The position numbers and the translations under genes are program-made. A DNA stretch of 63,201 nt, counting the filler, from Hyphochytrium catenoides (lineage: Eukaryota > Protista > Hyphochytriomycota): assembly GCA_900088475.1 (NCBI GenBank). It is 7 parts of 7 records of this genome, joined end to end, with 100 filler letters (N's around TTAATTAATTAA, not from the genome) between each part and the next. Parts side by side here need not be neighbours in the genome. Positions count along the whole stretch, not along the records: positions 1 to 20,485 come from FLMG01003856.1; positions 20,586 to 26,649 come from FLMG01001195.1; 5 more parts are not named here. One strand, written 5' to 3'. Under the pieces are notes generated by a model. The model saw only the letters and a program-made list of their open reading frames with translations, had not been told where the DNA came from and did not search any database. This document shows, piece by piece, positions 13,801 through 24,161 of the stretch; the first letter of the stretch is position 1; each line of letters starts with the position of its first letter.

Positions 13801-14402
13801 GACATTGGAACTCTTCCTCCTGCTGGTTTTGGAGAGAGAGAGATGGCGAGAGAGACAGCGATTATCTCCAGAAGGTAGAGGACCGTCAAAGGGATAACCG
13901 CGTAGCCGCCCAGGATCATCAACGTCATGGTCTTCTTAACAAATGCTGGAGGGACATCCCATCCTTCTTCCCTTTTGAGAGAGAGAGAAGAAGAAGAAGA
14001 GAGAAGCAAAGGCACATCGTCATCTTCTTCTTCTTCCTCTCTCTCCTGCGTCAAGCTCCCCGTGTACAGCACCGTCCATAGTCCTCCCGCAGGAGAGAGA
14101 GCAAAGATCATCACCACCAGCATTAGAAGACTCGCCAAGAGGTTCAGCACCTGAAAGATGACCTGCACGCGTCGAACGGCCGGTAACTTCATAGACAAAG
14201 GCCCAAAGAGCCCTTTCTTCCACGCAGCGTCCAGCAGGACATAGAGGCCGAACCAAAGCACCGTCCAGAAGAGATACTGAGGACCAAAAGCAGTGAAAGA
14301 GAAGGAGGGAAGATTGGCAGAGAGATAGCTCTGCGCCTCACTGGCGCCTAATAGAAAAGCGCTGGAGTACGTGGCTTCCACGGTGAGCCAGTTTGCAGCC
14401 AT
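10884..14402 (-). CDS. Intronless 1172-aa multi-pass membrane protein: TLC-like domain fused to a COG2907-type FAD-dependent oxidoreductase
   Basis: About 7-8 hydrophobic helices with LHHIM, LEFP, LLRV. Then RIAIVGGGVSGLTAAW...IFERE.RLGG, VDLGF...PNF..LL..LG, and C-terminal QGVGNIWYAGA...QEFAVLSGLVVAQALG. Confidence 0.8.
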   Translation of the reverse strand: MAANWLTVEATYSSAFLLGASEAQSYLSANLPSFSFTAFGPQYLFWTVLWFGLYVLLDAAWKKGLFGPLSMKLPAVRRVQVIFQVLNLLASLLMLVVMIFALSPAGGLWTVLYTGSLTQEREEEEEDDDVPLLLSSSSSLSLKREEGWDVPPAFVKKTMTLMILGGYAVIPLTVLYLLEIIAVSLAISLSPKPAGGRVPMSPFSAQTLKVEGGGEGYRQDSRRREAISSLPPMLSSSTANKERHMMLLHHHLSPGTEKGSPTAVFLSSSSFLPPLPPPSSSRPASSSSSAADNHALSRSLAVVSLHHIMTLLLLSVIFSPVFQCVDMLYLRLAFLMSLHIALEFPCFIAILLYRLSSNKTLVSRFMAGNAVYTFLLRVSVNLLGAWCYVETAWEREKFNSWDLFWRWTFPPLYVLLVGAQLYVVKIYWILANKKRKSSSDKSREREQRRGFCAASPLELQVLGPGGAEKLKDEEQQKSIVDAERGETSSKTAERGGDSSGRRREKLSLSSLFFFFSFSSRQKEETKEDGDGREKKVIEGGEETVEGRVREHQDGEDETEYLRLPYRTLMIMILFFLITLSLLFLWMPFSCEARSIAKQRIAIVGGGVSGLTAAWALSLSSPNFDITIFEREERLGGAVFTYEYQVEGAGRGDGPAEDSKDEGQKIAVDLGFKTFSSQPNFEQLLSQLGIESEKETELSPSGYAAFLSGSGMKENQTASSSSLSFLEERMKLREKLQEAARRYSEERLMSETVGEFLSLSGFSPSFIELHMRSCLSTYLGTAGASLSTPLSLFLFFEAQVPGCTSLDGRVISKSFRNGGKVFIERLAEEVRKNGVKIQTGRAVTSLSPSSSKSPFSKSKTSLSLSPQRGESEGAGKEEETFDHVILALRIPHLVALLEASPKSFSALNLPRRLYGRERMQVRETSAVLFSEEIDERESLLNLLLSPSFSSPPSSPSANDTAATSGHEQERKTEGENQGVGGCLSLEQINLIYPVAAGQQETEKNLTLAPPLSLSFPHHLLDGKRCYKREEVLSKLGPRYIIYGATAAIQQLTERAKERNTSALSVSTAAHLSPIAQANFSLTAHTVQFLLSARNMHKAQGVGNIWYAGAEMMLNVQEFAVLSGLVVAQALGGKYPLQEKNPKAMQGFLAAQYWMMFGVNPFVHRFTSRSTKRT

Positions 14403-14802
14403 AGCTAGAAAAGACGAGAAGGAAGAGAAAGGAAGAAAGGGAGAGAGAGAGAGAGAGAGAGAGANNNNNNNNNNNNNNNNNNNNNNNNNNNNNNNNNNNN
14501 NNNNAGAGAGAGAGAGAGAGAGAGAGAGAGATCAGAACGAAGGGAAAAAAAGTGAAAACAGCGTTGGGGCGGTGCGGATAAAGGGAAAAGGAAAAGGACT
14601 TGAGAAGGGAAAGATGATACGAGGAAATGCTCGTCGTCCTGTTACAGGAGAGAGTGAGAGAAAGAGAGAGAGATCTTCTTCCCCTTCTTAGATGAAGAAA
14701 TTTTTATACCGAGACGAGGAAGAGAGAAAAGGCAACCAGCACTAGGTAAGAGAAGACAAGAGCCGAGGAAAGTCTCTCCTCTACTATGAAGATACTACTG
14801 AA

Positions 14803-14833
<31 letters not shown>

Positions 14834-15008
14834 CCTTAGAGAGAAGAAGCTGAAGGAGGCCCGGGTCGGAGCTGAAGGACTTGACTCGGAGGCGGAAGAA
14901 TGAGAAGTGGCTGTGTAGCCGTCATCAAGAGATAAAGAGAGACCAGGGCTGGTCGAATGAGAGAGACCAAGAAGGAAGACGGAAGGAAGACGGTAGAAAG
15001 AGAGAGAG

Positions 15009-15051
<43 letters not shown>

Positions 15052-15255
15052 AGAGAGCGCAACGACAAAAAAGAGATGGACAGCAAGCGTCTTTGAACTT
15101 TTATTAACAGCCAAGTCTCATGCTAGCGAGAAGGAGAGGCCAGACACCAAGGGCACCGCAAGAAGAAAGGATCCAAGAAGAGAGTCTTGAGAACGAAAGA
15201 GGAGAGCGCACTGAGGGACAGGTGACACATTAGAGATGGAGAGAGAGAGAGAGAC

Positions 15256-15298
<43 letters not shown>

Positions 15299-16015
15299 GA
15301 GAGAGAAGGGCAATAAAACGATGGAAAGGACCAAAAGGACAGCTGCCAAGCCGAAGGAGAAGGAGAATAATAAAGCCGGTGGGTGTAAGCAGTAGCAGCA
15401 GTAGCCCAGGGCACTGGTGACTAGCGCAAGGCTGCGAGGAGAGACTGTCTTTCTCCTGAGAATAAGTGAGAAATACCAAGAAGATGTCATAATGAAGACG
15501 GAAAGAGGAGCGAAGAATGGGGGAAGAGCAGAGAGAGCAGAGAGAGAGAGGGACAGAGAGAGAGAGAGAAGACACACAGCAGAGAGAGAGAGAGAGAGGG
15601 AACACGAAAGTCGGAGCAACATTTTCTGCTGAGCAATCTGATGATAAACCAAGGAAGAGCTTCCACATTAAGGACTGGACCAGGATAATGCAGGGGGTCG
15701 ACAGATGACAAGAGAGAGAGAGAGAGAGAGAGGAGAGGAGAGGGAAAGATAGGGTGCTTCTGCAGTGAAGAGGAAGAAAGAGGAGAGGAGAGCGAGCGAG
15801 CGAAGAGCGCGCGCAGGGGAGCTAGAGAGAAGAAGAGCGAGCAAGCAAGTCTTCCTTGTTCTCAGACGGAGAGCGATGTTTTTTATGGTCTAAGCTGAGG
15901 TCGAGCCTCCCATCGCAAGCCTCTTCATCACCATCACTCCCCTCTATCTCTATCTCCGTCTGCCTTCTCTCTCTCTTCTTCTTCTCACCCATGAACCTTC
16001 TTTCCCCAGCAGCCC

Positions 16016-16073
<58 letters not shown>

Positions 16074-16605
16074 CTTATTCTTCTGTCTCTGTCCTTGTCC
16101 CTTCTTTTGTTATTAGGAACAAATGTATCAGATGTGTGAGAGAGACAGACCAGGCCTCAAAGGCCTGCCAAAACCAAACCCCATAAACTCGGATAATGAG
16201 CCTAAACTCGGCAGAATTGGCAAAGCCCCCAATCCCGGCTTGTGGGTGAGCCGTTGTTCACGGTAATTGGCGGATAAACAGTTAATCTTCGGGCTGTTCT
16301 GTCTCTTTATAACCTCCAGAATAGGGCCGATAGGCATTGTCAAAACGCTTATGGCCCCCCGGCCCCCCTACACAAGTTTTGAAGGACCTCCAGGGGTGTT
16401 GGGGGCGTGAGCTTCCTTCTCACTGGAGGGGAGAGATAGAAGACCCTTTGAAACAGATCAAGAGTGAGATGGAGGATTCATAGGAAGAAGCAATGGTAAT
16501 GAAGAGACAGATGTGAGGGAATATGAGGAATCGGAGCGAGACAGAGAGCTAAAATGACACAGATGAAAGGTAGGAAAGGACAAGAGGGAAAGAGAAGAGA
16601 GGGAA

Positions 16606-16655
<50 letters not shown>

Positions 16656-17580
16656 CGAGAAGAGAGGAGCAGTGTGAGGAGGAGATACAAGAATAGGACG
16701 AAGCATTTGGCTTCATCAAGAAGGAGGAGGTGGAGCAGGAAAGAGAGGAGAAGAAGGGAGATGATGGTCTTACAAGATGCACAGCCTCCCGCTCTGTCAT
16801 GTCTCTTTCCCCTTGCGTGCCTCCTAGTCTCTCCCCATTCTTCTCATCACTGTTATCCTATATCAAAATAGTAGATCTATCATGATGATCCCTTGTGTGC
16901 ACCTTGTAATGACAAGGAAAGAAGGAACTTCATTGGGGTTGGCAAGGAGGAAGGAAGCAGAAGGTACTGGCTGGGCGGTAGTCTCCAAGCACGAGAAAGA
17001 AAGACTGAATGACGATGGCTGCAGAAGATGAGTGAGGGGCAGGCACACCCCGGCTGTCTTTATACTATGGGATAGGGGACGCTAGCCTTCTCTCTTCGCA
17101 CCATAAGCACCACTCTTTCTAAGAAGAAGGAGGCTCTTCCTCTGTCCGGTTACAATGTTGGTCTCTTCCCCTGTCCTTCCTTGTTGGTCGCTAAAGAGAA
17201 AAGAAAGGGAAAGCGAGGGAGAGGAGGAGGAGGTAAAGGAGGAGAATTGAGGAGACGGCGGGAGGAGTAAATGAGGAAGAAGGAGCGCCCAAGAAGAAGA
17301 GAAGAGATACCACTGCTAACCAGAGAGAAAAAAGGACCAGGACCTTTCTTAGCTGTCTACTAGGAGTCGCACGATCAGGAACTCGTTAAAGCAAGAAAGA
17401 AAGCTGCGTCTCTGTTCCCCGGTGTACTCGTCGCTCCCTCTCTTCTCACTATTATCCTACATGATAGTAGGGATGATGTTGGTTTTTCCTCTCTCTTCTC
17501 GTGCTGCTGCTGGAGCTGTCTACTTCTCACTGGGCCGGTAAGTCTTCTCTCTTGCGCTCGCCTACTATTGCCAAAGAATT

Positions 17581-19689
17581 TCAAGCAGACGTCGCTGCGT
17601 TGCTTGAACTGCAGTGGTCTGGCGCAGTGTTGAGCAGCATGCCGTGGAGGTTGGAGACCGTGAAGAACGGACAGTAGAGTATCTGCAGCACCAGCGTGAT
17701 CTTCATGATCTTCTGCCGTTTGTACTGCCAAGTGCGGAGGATCCCCAGCTGCAGCAGCTCTAAGACATATATAAAGATAGCCATCAACAGCCAGGTGGTC
17801 AGCACGAGAAAGAGATGCTGCCACTGAAGCTTTAGCGCCTCAAAGAGGCTAGCGTCGGGCTTGTAGCAGGAAGAGTTGACGACCAGACGCGTCAGAAAGT
17901 AGTTTCTGAAGGGAATGACGGAGGTGGTGATGCAGACTCCACACATCGTCGCGACGATCATGATGGTGGCCATCTGCTTCCAGAGAAGAGCGGAAGCTTC
18001 GAAGCGCCGCTCTCTCTTCTTCTCTTCCTCCACTGGGTCATCAGAAGAGCGTGACTGAGTGGAAAGCTCTGCTACCTTTCTTTCTCTGCCTTCTCTCGTC
18101 CCATTCTCCGCTGGAGTTTGTTTATCGCTGGCTGAGCTAGCCCTTCCTCTTTCTCCTCCTCCCGCCCATCCTATTGTCTTTATAGAGGCCATTAGTCCTT
18201 TCCCATCGTCATGCCGGTGCTTGTTGACAGCTTCGACTCTGTCCCTGGCCAAGGTTATCGAGGCAGTCGTCTTCTTCTTGTTGCTGCTTGATGCTTGGGC
18301 ATCCCCTCTATTGCCATTGTCTCTGCATGAGAAGTGGAGATCTTTGCGTTCTGCCGTTGCCTCGGCTCTCTCTTCCTTCTTCTTTTTCTCATCTTTCTCC
18401 AGATGATGAGAGTCCTCACCTAGTTCTCCGCCTTCAGAGAGAAGCAGTGGCCTCACTACGGCGGGAATGCTTGCTTTCTGTCGAGCGGTTGCTGCTGAGG
18501 AGCTGCCAGCAGGAAGAGGAAGAAGTAGAGAAAGCCTAGACAAGGGACTTCGTTTCATCCCTTTCAAGCGCCAGACATTCCACGCCAGCGTGGCCATGTA
18601 TCCACTGCAGGAAGTGAAGGAAGAGGCAGCAATAACCAAGAGAGCGTCTCTTCCCATACTAAGACTAGCGGTGAATTGCAGCTGCTGGTAAACAATGTAC
18701 ATTACTAGGAGGGGAGAGTCAGGAAAGGAAAGTGCTTCCTCTCCCTGCGTTCTTCTTTCTCCTTTTGGCCTTTTCTCTCTCTCTCTCAGTCGCATGATGC
18801 ACTGCTCGAGGAGGAAAGACAAAGAGAAGAAGAGAGCGGGGAGACCAAAGCTAATGAATAGCCGATTGACTGTCTTTCTCTCTTCTGCAGCCTCAGGAGA
18901 GAGAAGAATAGGAAAGACGACCTGCAGCATCACAATGCCAGAGATAGGAGGAAGGAAATTGGCCGTCAACCTTAGCAGAGACTCTCGCAGGTCGCCATCG
19001 TAGAACATCCAGACATTCAGGAGAGCAAAGAGGATCTGTCCAGAGAAGCAATCCGCCTCAATCAGAAAGACTTCTGCCCCATACATTCCAGCAAGTAACA
19101 AGGAGAAGAAAGCCGTCCCCAGCACCACCTTCTTCCGTGTCTTAGCCCTGCTCCTAGCTCCAAAGGCCTCTCTATAGATCACCGCCACCGCTGCATAGCT
19201 GTACGGGATGCTGACCATGCCATAAAGATATCCTCCTAGACTGTTGCTCATCCCACATGGCGAGAGATAGTAAGAAAGCTGCGCATTGCAGTCGATCTCA
19301 GCCGTGGCCGGACATTTATTCGTACAATATCTGGCCGTCGCGGGGTGAGGCCAGGTCCGGATAAACGCCACGTAGGCCGTGATGATGATCGTTGTCAGCA
19401 GTGCGCTGCCCACTGACAAGAGTAGAGAGTCAGCGAGGACTAGGCGAACACTAATTACGGGGCTTGAATGAGAAGAAGAGAAGAAAAGAGAGCGCTTCGT
19501 GGTGCCATTGTGCTGTTTCTCCCCGGGTGTCGTCCTTCTCCTCCGGGAGAGGAAGAAGGAGAAGCCGCCTTTCCTTTTGTCCGACGTTTGCCGAGGAGAG
19601 AGAAGTTGCTGGTTCTTCTTCCCTTCTTTCTCTGACCTCTTGTCCTCTTCCTCCATTTCTTGCTTCAATGCGCTCACCAGCACTCTCAT
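17581..19689 (-). CDS. Intronless 702-aa multi-pass membrane protein of unknown function
   Basis: Long ATG-initiated ORF with roughly 10 hydrophobic segments, a Cys-rich loop (YCTNKCPATAEIDC...SPCG) and a long charged loop. Confidence 0.65.
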   Translation of the reverse strand: MRVLVSALKQEMEEEDKRSEKEGKKNQQLLSPRQTSDKRKGGFSFFLSRRRRTTPGEKQHNGTTKRSLFFSSSHSSPVISVRLVLADSLLLSVGSALLTTIIITAYVAFIRTWPHPATARYCTNKCPATAEIDCNAQLSYYLSPCGMSNSLGGYLYGMVSIPYSYAAVAVIYREAFGARSRAKTRKKVVLGTAFFSLLLAGMYGAEVFLIEADCFSGQILFALLNVWMFYDGDLRESLLRLTANFLPPISGIVMLQVVFPILLSPEAAEERKTVNRLFISFGLPALFFSLSFLLEQCIMRLREREKRPKGERRTQGEEALSFPDSPLLVMYIVYQQLQFTASLSMGRDALLVIAASSFTSCSGYMATLAWNVWRLKGMKRSPLSRLSLLLPLPAGSSSAATARQKASIPAVVRPLLLSEGGELGEDSHHLEKDEKKKKEERAEATAERKDLHFSCRDNGNRGDAQASSSNKKKTTASITLARDRVEAVNKHRHDDGKGLMASIKTIGWAGGGERGRASSASDKQTPAENGTREGRERKVAELSTQSRSSDDPVEEEKKRERRFEASALLWKQMATIMIVATMCGVCITTSVIPFRNYFLTRLVVNSSCYKPDASLFEALKLQWQHLFLVLTTWLLMAIFIYVLELLQLGILRTWQYKRQKIMKITLVLQILYCPFFTVSNLHGMLLNTAPDHCSSSNAATSA

Positions 19690-19766
19690 TATTCTACTAT
19701 CGACCTCCTAGCAAGTGTACATAGCTTTTACTGATGAATGCTAGGAGCAGCGCTGACGAGAGAGAG

Positions 19767-19808
<42 letters not shown>

Positions 19809-19811
19809 TGT

Positions 19812-19860
<49 letters not shown>

Positions 19861-20485
19861 GAGAGACGAGATAGTGTGAGACCGGTACGACGAAGGGAAG
19901 ACCAGGGAAGATAGTGGCATCGGATTTAGTCAGACGGGGAGCTTCTGGAGCTAGAGAGAGAGAAGTCCAGAGAGGCTACAGAATAGAGAATAGGCGAAGT
20001 CTCTGAGACCTTTAGCGGGGACAGAGTAAGAGAATGAGAGAGAAAGGAGAAAAAGAGAGATTGAGAGAAGAGAAAGGAAGAAAAAGAAGATTGAGTCCCA
20101 GTGGAGGCGAGATACCAGTCGTGTTCTTCTATCTGCTGATGAGAGATGACGTTGTCCTTAGACCCTGTGTGGGGCGCGACGCGACGGGCCTTGTACGTTT
20201 CCTTTTGTTCTCTCTTTCTCCTGTGTCTTGCTTCATTTCCTTTGCTTCCCCCGCTTTCCTTCCTCTTCTTCTTCTTCTCCCTCTTGTCTTCATCACCTCG
20301 TAGAGTCGTCACTCCTCTTCTCCAGGCAACAAAGGACAGCAACTGTTAGTGCCACCATCCAGGAGAGAGAGGCAAAGAGTCAGACTCCTCGAGGAGATGG
20401 AAGCAGGAGACCCCATCATTGCTGATAGAACTCGCTGTCCTCCTGAGAAAGGAAGACTTATCCTCCTCTCTATGCTGCTGCGGTA

Positions 20486-20585
20486 NNNNNNNNNNNNNNN
20501 NNNNNNNNNNNNNNNNNNNNNNNNNNNNNTTAATTAATTAANNNNNNNNNNNNNNNNNNNNNNNNNNNNNNNNNNNNNNNNNNNN
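20486..20585. other. Artificial contig linker N44-TTAATTAATTAA-N44 (also at 26650-26749, 42661-42760, 44839-44938, 46553-46652, 59410-59509)
   Basis: Identical 100-bp spacer with a six-frame stop cassette at six positions; genes are cut at these points. Confidence 0.97.
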
Positions 20586-21707
20586 GTCAGTGGGAGCATC
20601 TGTCGGTGCTCCAGTGTAAGCTTCTGTCGGTGCCTCAGTGGGAGCATCTGTTGGTGCCGCAGTGGGAGCCCAGGTTGGTGACTCGCTAGGTGCACCTGTC
20701 GGATACCATGTCGGACCTTCGGTGGGCGCCAAAGTTGGTGCCCTTGTGGCTTCTTCAAGGGAGAGAAGGTAACCCCACTGGTTCGGGTCGAGGGCAGCTG
20801 CAATCAATAACTCTAAGCCTCTATATCCTGATGGTTCGAGACTGTGACAGCTGCAGATGCCGGTCTGATTAGGAAGAAGTGAAGGAGGAGAGCCGCCAAC
20901 AATGGTGGATCCTGCCTCAAGCCCTCTACAGTTGCAGTTGGCTACATTCCTGAGCCTCTGTAGAATGATATCGGAGGACTCTGATGGTGGCAGCAGAGAG
21001 GACGAGAGCCCATTTACTGGCATTTGAGACTCATTAGATCTCCACCAGCAACGACGGCCACCACGGCCGCAGCCATCATCCTGAGGAGGAAAGCATGCAA
21101 TTGAGGCTTGCGTCTCTAGTGTGCAGGTGTATCCTGAGGTGAGGGGATCAGTGCTGGATTGGAAGCAGTGGGAGGTGGTAGCCAATGTGCCAGAGCATTG
21201 GCCATTGCTTAACACCAGAAGCTCCTTCACTGGAGCAGCACTCTGTGGACAGTGCTGGTAGGAGCCATCCCAAGCAGGAGTACATTCCGCCTGCCGCTGA
21301 CAGGCGATCCCCGCTCTGATGCCATTATAGCATTGGCACGTGCCTGTGACATAGTCACAACTCCCTCTGCCGCTACACTCAAGGAGTGGGTGGGGCGTGA
21401 GCGGGTCCAGGAAAGTATAGGCCGACCACATCACCCCGTGCGGGCAACTGCGTAAGGAGCAATCTGCCCCTTTCCAAAGCAGCGTGCGGTCTTGCCTTCG
21501 ATGGCAGAGGCACTCTCCGGTTTGCTGGTTGCAGAGACCATGGCCTGAGCAGTTGTTCGGGCAGCTGAGTCCAGAGGAATAATAAGCCTTGCTGGTCTCA
21601 AGCAGCAGGAGACACGAAGAGATCAAGATGAAGATCCGAATACGGTTTTTCAAGCCCACAAGCGCGCCCGTCTGGTTGATTGTTCTATTGATATTATTGT
21701 CCGCCAT
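20586..21707 (-). CDS. Secreted EGF/tenascin-repeat protein with PT(E/D)APT mucin-like repeats (mastigoneme-protein-like); 3' end lost at linker
   Basis: Hydrophobic leader; CPNNCSGHGLC...WKGADCSLRSCPHG...ECSGRGSCDYVTGTCQC...GIACQR; C-terminal APTxAPT repeats run into the gap. Confidence 0.8.
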
Positions 21708-22399
21708 CGGTCTCAGCACTAGAAGAAGAGAATATGTAAAGACAAAGTCGGACCTCGGGTAGAAGGCAAACTTAGGATGAGAGCGGAGGTACGTCCTCTG
21801 CCTTTTGAGCCTCGTCCTCTGTGGCTAGGGACGGAGATGATGGGTCGCCTCTATGGGGCACTTTATCAAATGAAAAACGAGACGAGCGCATCGCCGCGGC
21901 GGCCGCTTCAGGAGAGGGAGCATGGTCACTATCGCTGTCTTAGTTAGTAGAGAGCTGCTATACTATCGCGCTGGCCACGTAACGGTCCCGCAACTTATCA
22001 CTCTGTCGATCCACTAACTCCAACTTCTCTCTTAGTTTGAGGAGGACCTTCTTTACCCTTCCTCTTATTTACTTCATCAGCTAACGTGTCAACGTAGTTC
22101 TGAAACCTCTGCTGCGACTGCTGGCTCTTAACTCTCTTTTCTCGCCGCCATCTCCTCTCCAACTTCCTGCCCTCCTGCGTCTCTCTCCCACGTATCTTGT
22201 CACAATAGGTGCTGCATCTCCATTGTTGGCTCTCATCAGCACCTTACTTGGGAGGATCGGCTGCCTTGTTGATCAGAGAGAACCAATCCTGTCAGTTCTA
22301 CGCTCGGCGCTTTCCCACAGCCAGGCCCTTTAGTTGTTAGCCCCTCACTCACAGTGCGGCGGTCCTGGCCGTTGATAAGGAGCCGAACCTCCCCTCCCA

Positions 22400-22790
22400 C
22401 TATCCCTTTGACTCCGTTTGTCGGCTGATGGCTCTTATTATCAAGCGATCAACAGAACATGGCCTAACTGCTTAGATGGGCAGTAAGTTAGCGTGGCCCC
22501 TGGACTCTTTCTTCCTTTCCCTCCATTTCTCCGCATATCCCATCATGGAGCAGCAACACAACGGCCAGAACCGGTACTACCTGTAGGAGTCGTATGGATA
22601 GTAATGAGATCTCTGTGCACCTCTTCTACATGTTCCACCATGGTCATCCGGCCAACAGCTTGGTGCAGGCTCTGTCTCGCCTGATGGATACTCTGTCTCC
22701 TCGAGGTTTGATCCTCCAACCACCATCTTTCTCCTACTCGTTAGCATTTCGGTGGCAGGAGCTACTACACGGGACGATCCGCCCTGCTCG
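22400..22790 (+). mobile_element. Possible degenerate RNase H-like retroelement remnant
   Basis: Interrupted frames give ADGS and, downstream, HHGHPANSLVQAL, resembling the RNase H H.G...N..AD.L motif. Weak. Confidence 0.25.
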
Positions 22791-23884
22791 AGGCTGTCGT
22801 CTCCTCTTCAATCATCACTAACCCTCCGTCGGTTTTTGTCCTCCCTCTTCTCCTTAACCCTCTCTCTCTCACTCTCTCTCTCACTCTTTCAAGCTGAATG
22901 CTTGTCGTCTCTCTCATGTGCTGGCATTCCTTTCCTCTGTTCCTCTTCCTCCTCCGCTCATCATTCATCTCTTTCTCTCTCTCTCTCTCCCTCTCTTCCC
23001 ATGTCTCTCTCCTCTTAGGCCCGCCCTTGCCCAGCCTGTTCCCTAGAGGGCGGTTATGCCCCTTCATCTCAGCCAGCAAGAATCCAGTCGCAGACAGGAA
23101 ACCGTCCCCGCGGCCCAGCCTCCCTCACAGAGGATTGGATTGGGGCCACCTCCTCTCACCCTGGATCATCCCACAGAAGTAACGGACGGCTCTACTTGGC
23201 GTTAGCGGCTAGTAAAGGGTGACAAGAACGACGATGTAGTTGGATGCAACATGTACAACGCACACAGAGCAAGGGGCTGGACTGGATCAGGTCAGGGATC
23301 CTCCCATTCGGACCGGCGCGAATATTACGGTTTGGCCCAAATAGGAACATCTATGGTCCTCTTTCCAAGGTTGGTGTTCCTTGGGTTTACAGCAGGATAA
23401 CAACAACGACTGGATGAGATGCTATATGTTTCGTAGCCTCTTCCTCTTCCTTGTAATACCTATTACCTTGTACCCTACTATCTCTTGGTCCTCTGTCTCT
23501 CGCGGCGTCAGTTTGGTCCTGCCCTGCTTTGTTCTATTCTTCCGTCGTTCTTTCTCTCTCTCTCTCTCTCGCCTCTGTCTCCCTACCTCCCTTTCTAAGT
23601 TCCCTGTCTCAGTCTTCTATTCTCTCTCTGTCTCTCTCTCTTTCTCACCCTCACCTTTCTCCATCCTCTACTTCCTCCACTGCTCTGTTCCTTTCCCTCT
23701 CTCCTCTCTCTCTCTCTTGGTCTGTTCCCTCTCTTGTTGAAGTTCCCTGGGACCACTGACCTTTGGATCTTCCTCCTCCTCCTCTCTCCTGATGACGATG
23801 ATGCTTCCCTCGGAACATCCAGTGAGTTTGCCTCCGTCTCCATGATAGAAATCGCCGCGGTGAGGGCGCCACTGGTCCAAGTCG

Positions 23885-23920
<36 letters not shown>

Positions 23921-24161
23921 GCCTCCACCTCTCCCACTCTCTCCAGGCGTCTTATGAGGCGACGGCCAGCACACAACCAACCCCAGCAGCTTTTCACTGA
24001 AGACGGAGAGCAGCAGTGACAACAGCAAACTCCTCTCTCTCCCCAGTTCTTCCTACTTCTCTCTCTCTTTCTTTCTCTGTCTCTCTCTCTCACTTTCATT
24101 AGTTCTTCCATAGTGCTAATCTCTCAGTTCGCCAAGACTCCGGACCACGATGCGAAACAAG

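Noticed and set aside
20530-20541. Palindromic TTAATTAATTAA recurring six times
   Set aside because: Always centred in N runs totalling 100 bp: an assembly linker, not biology.
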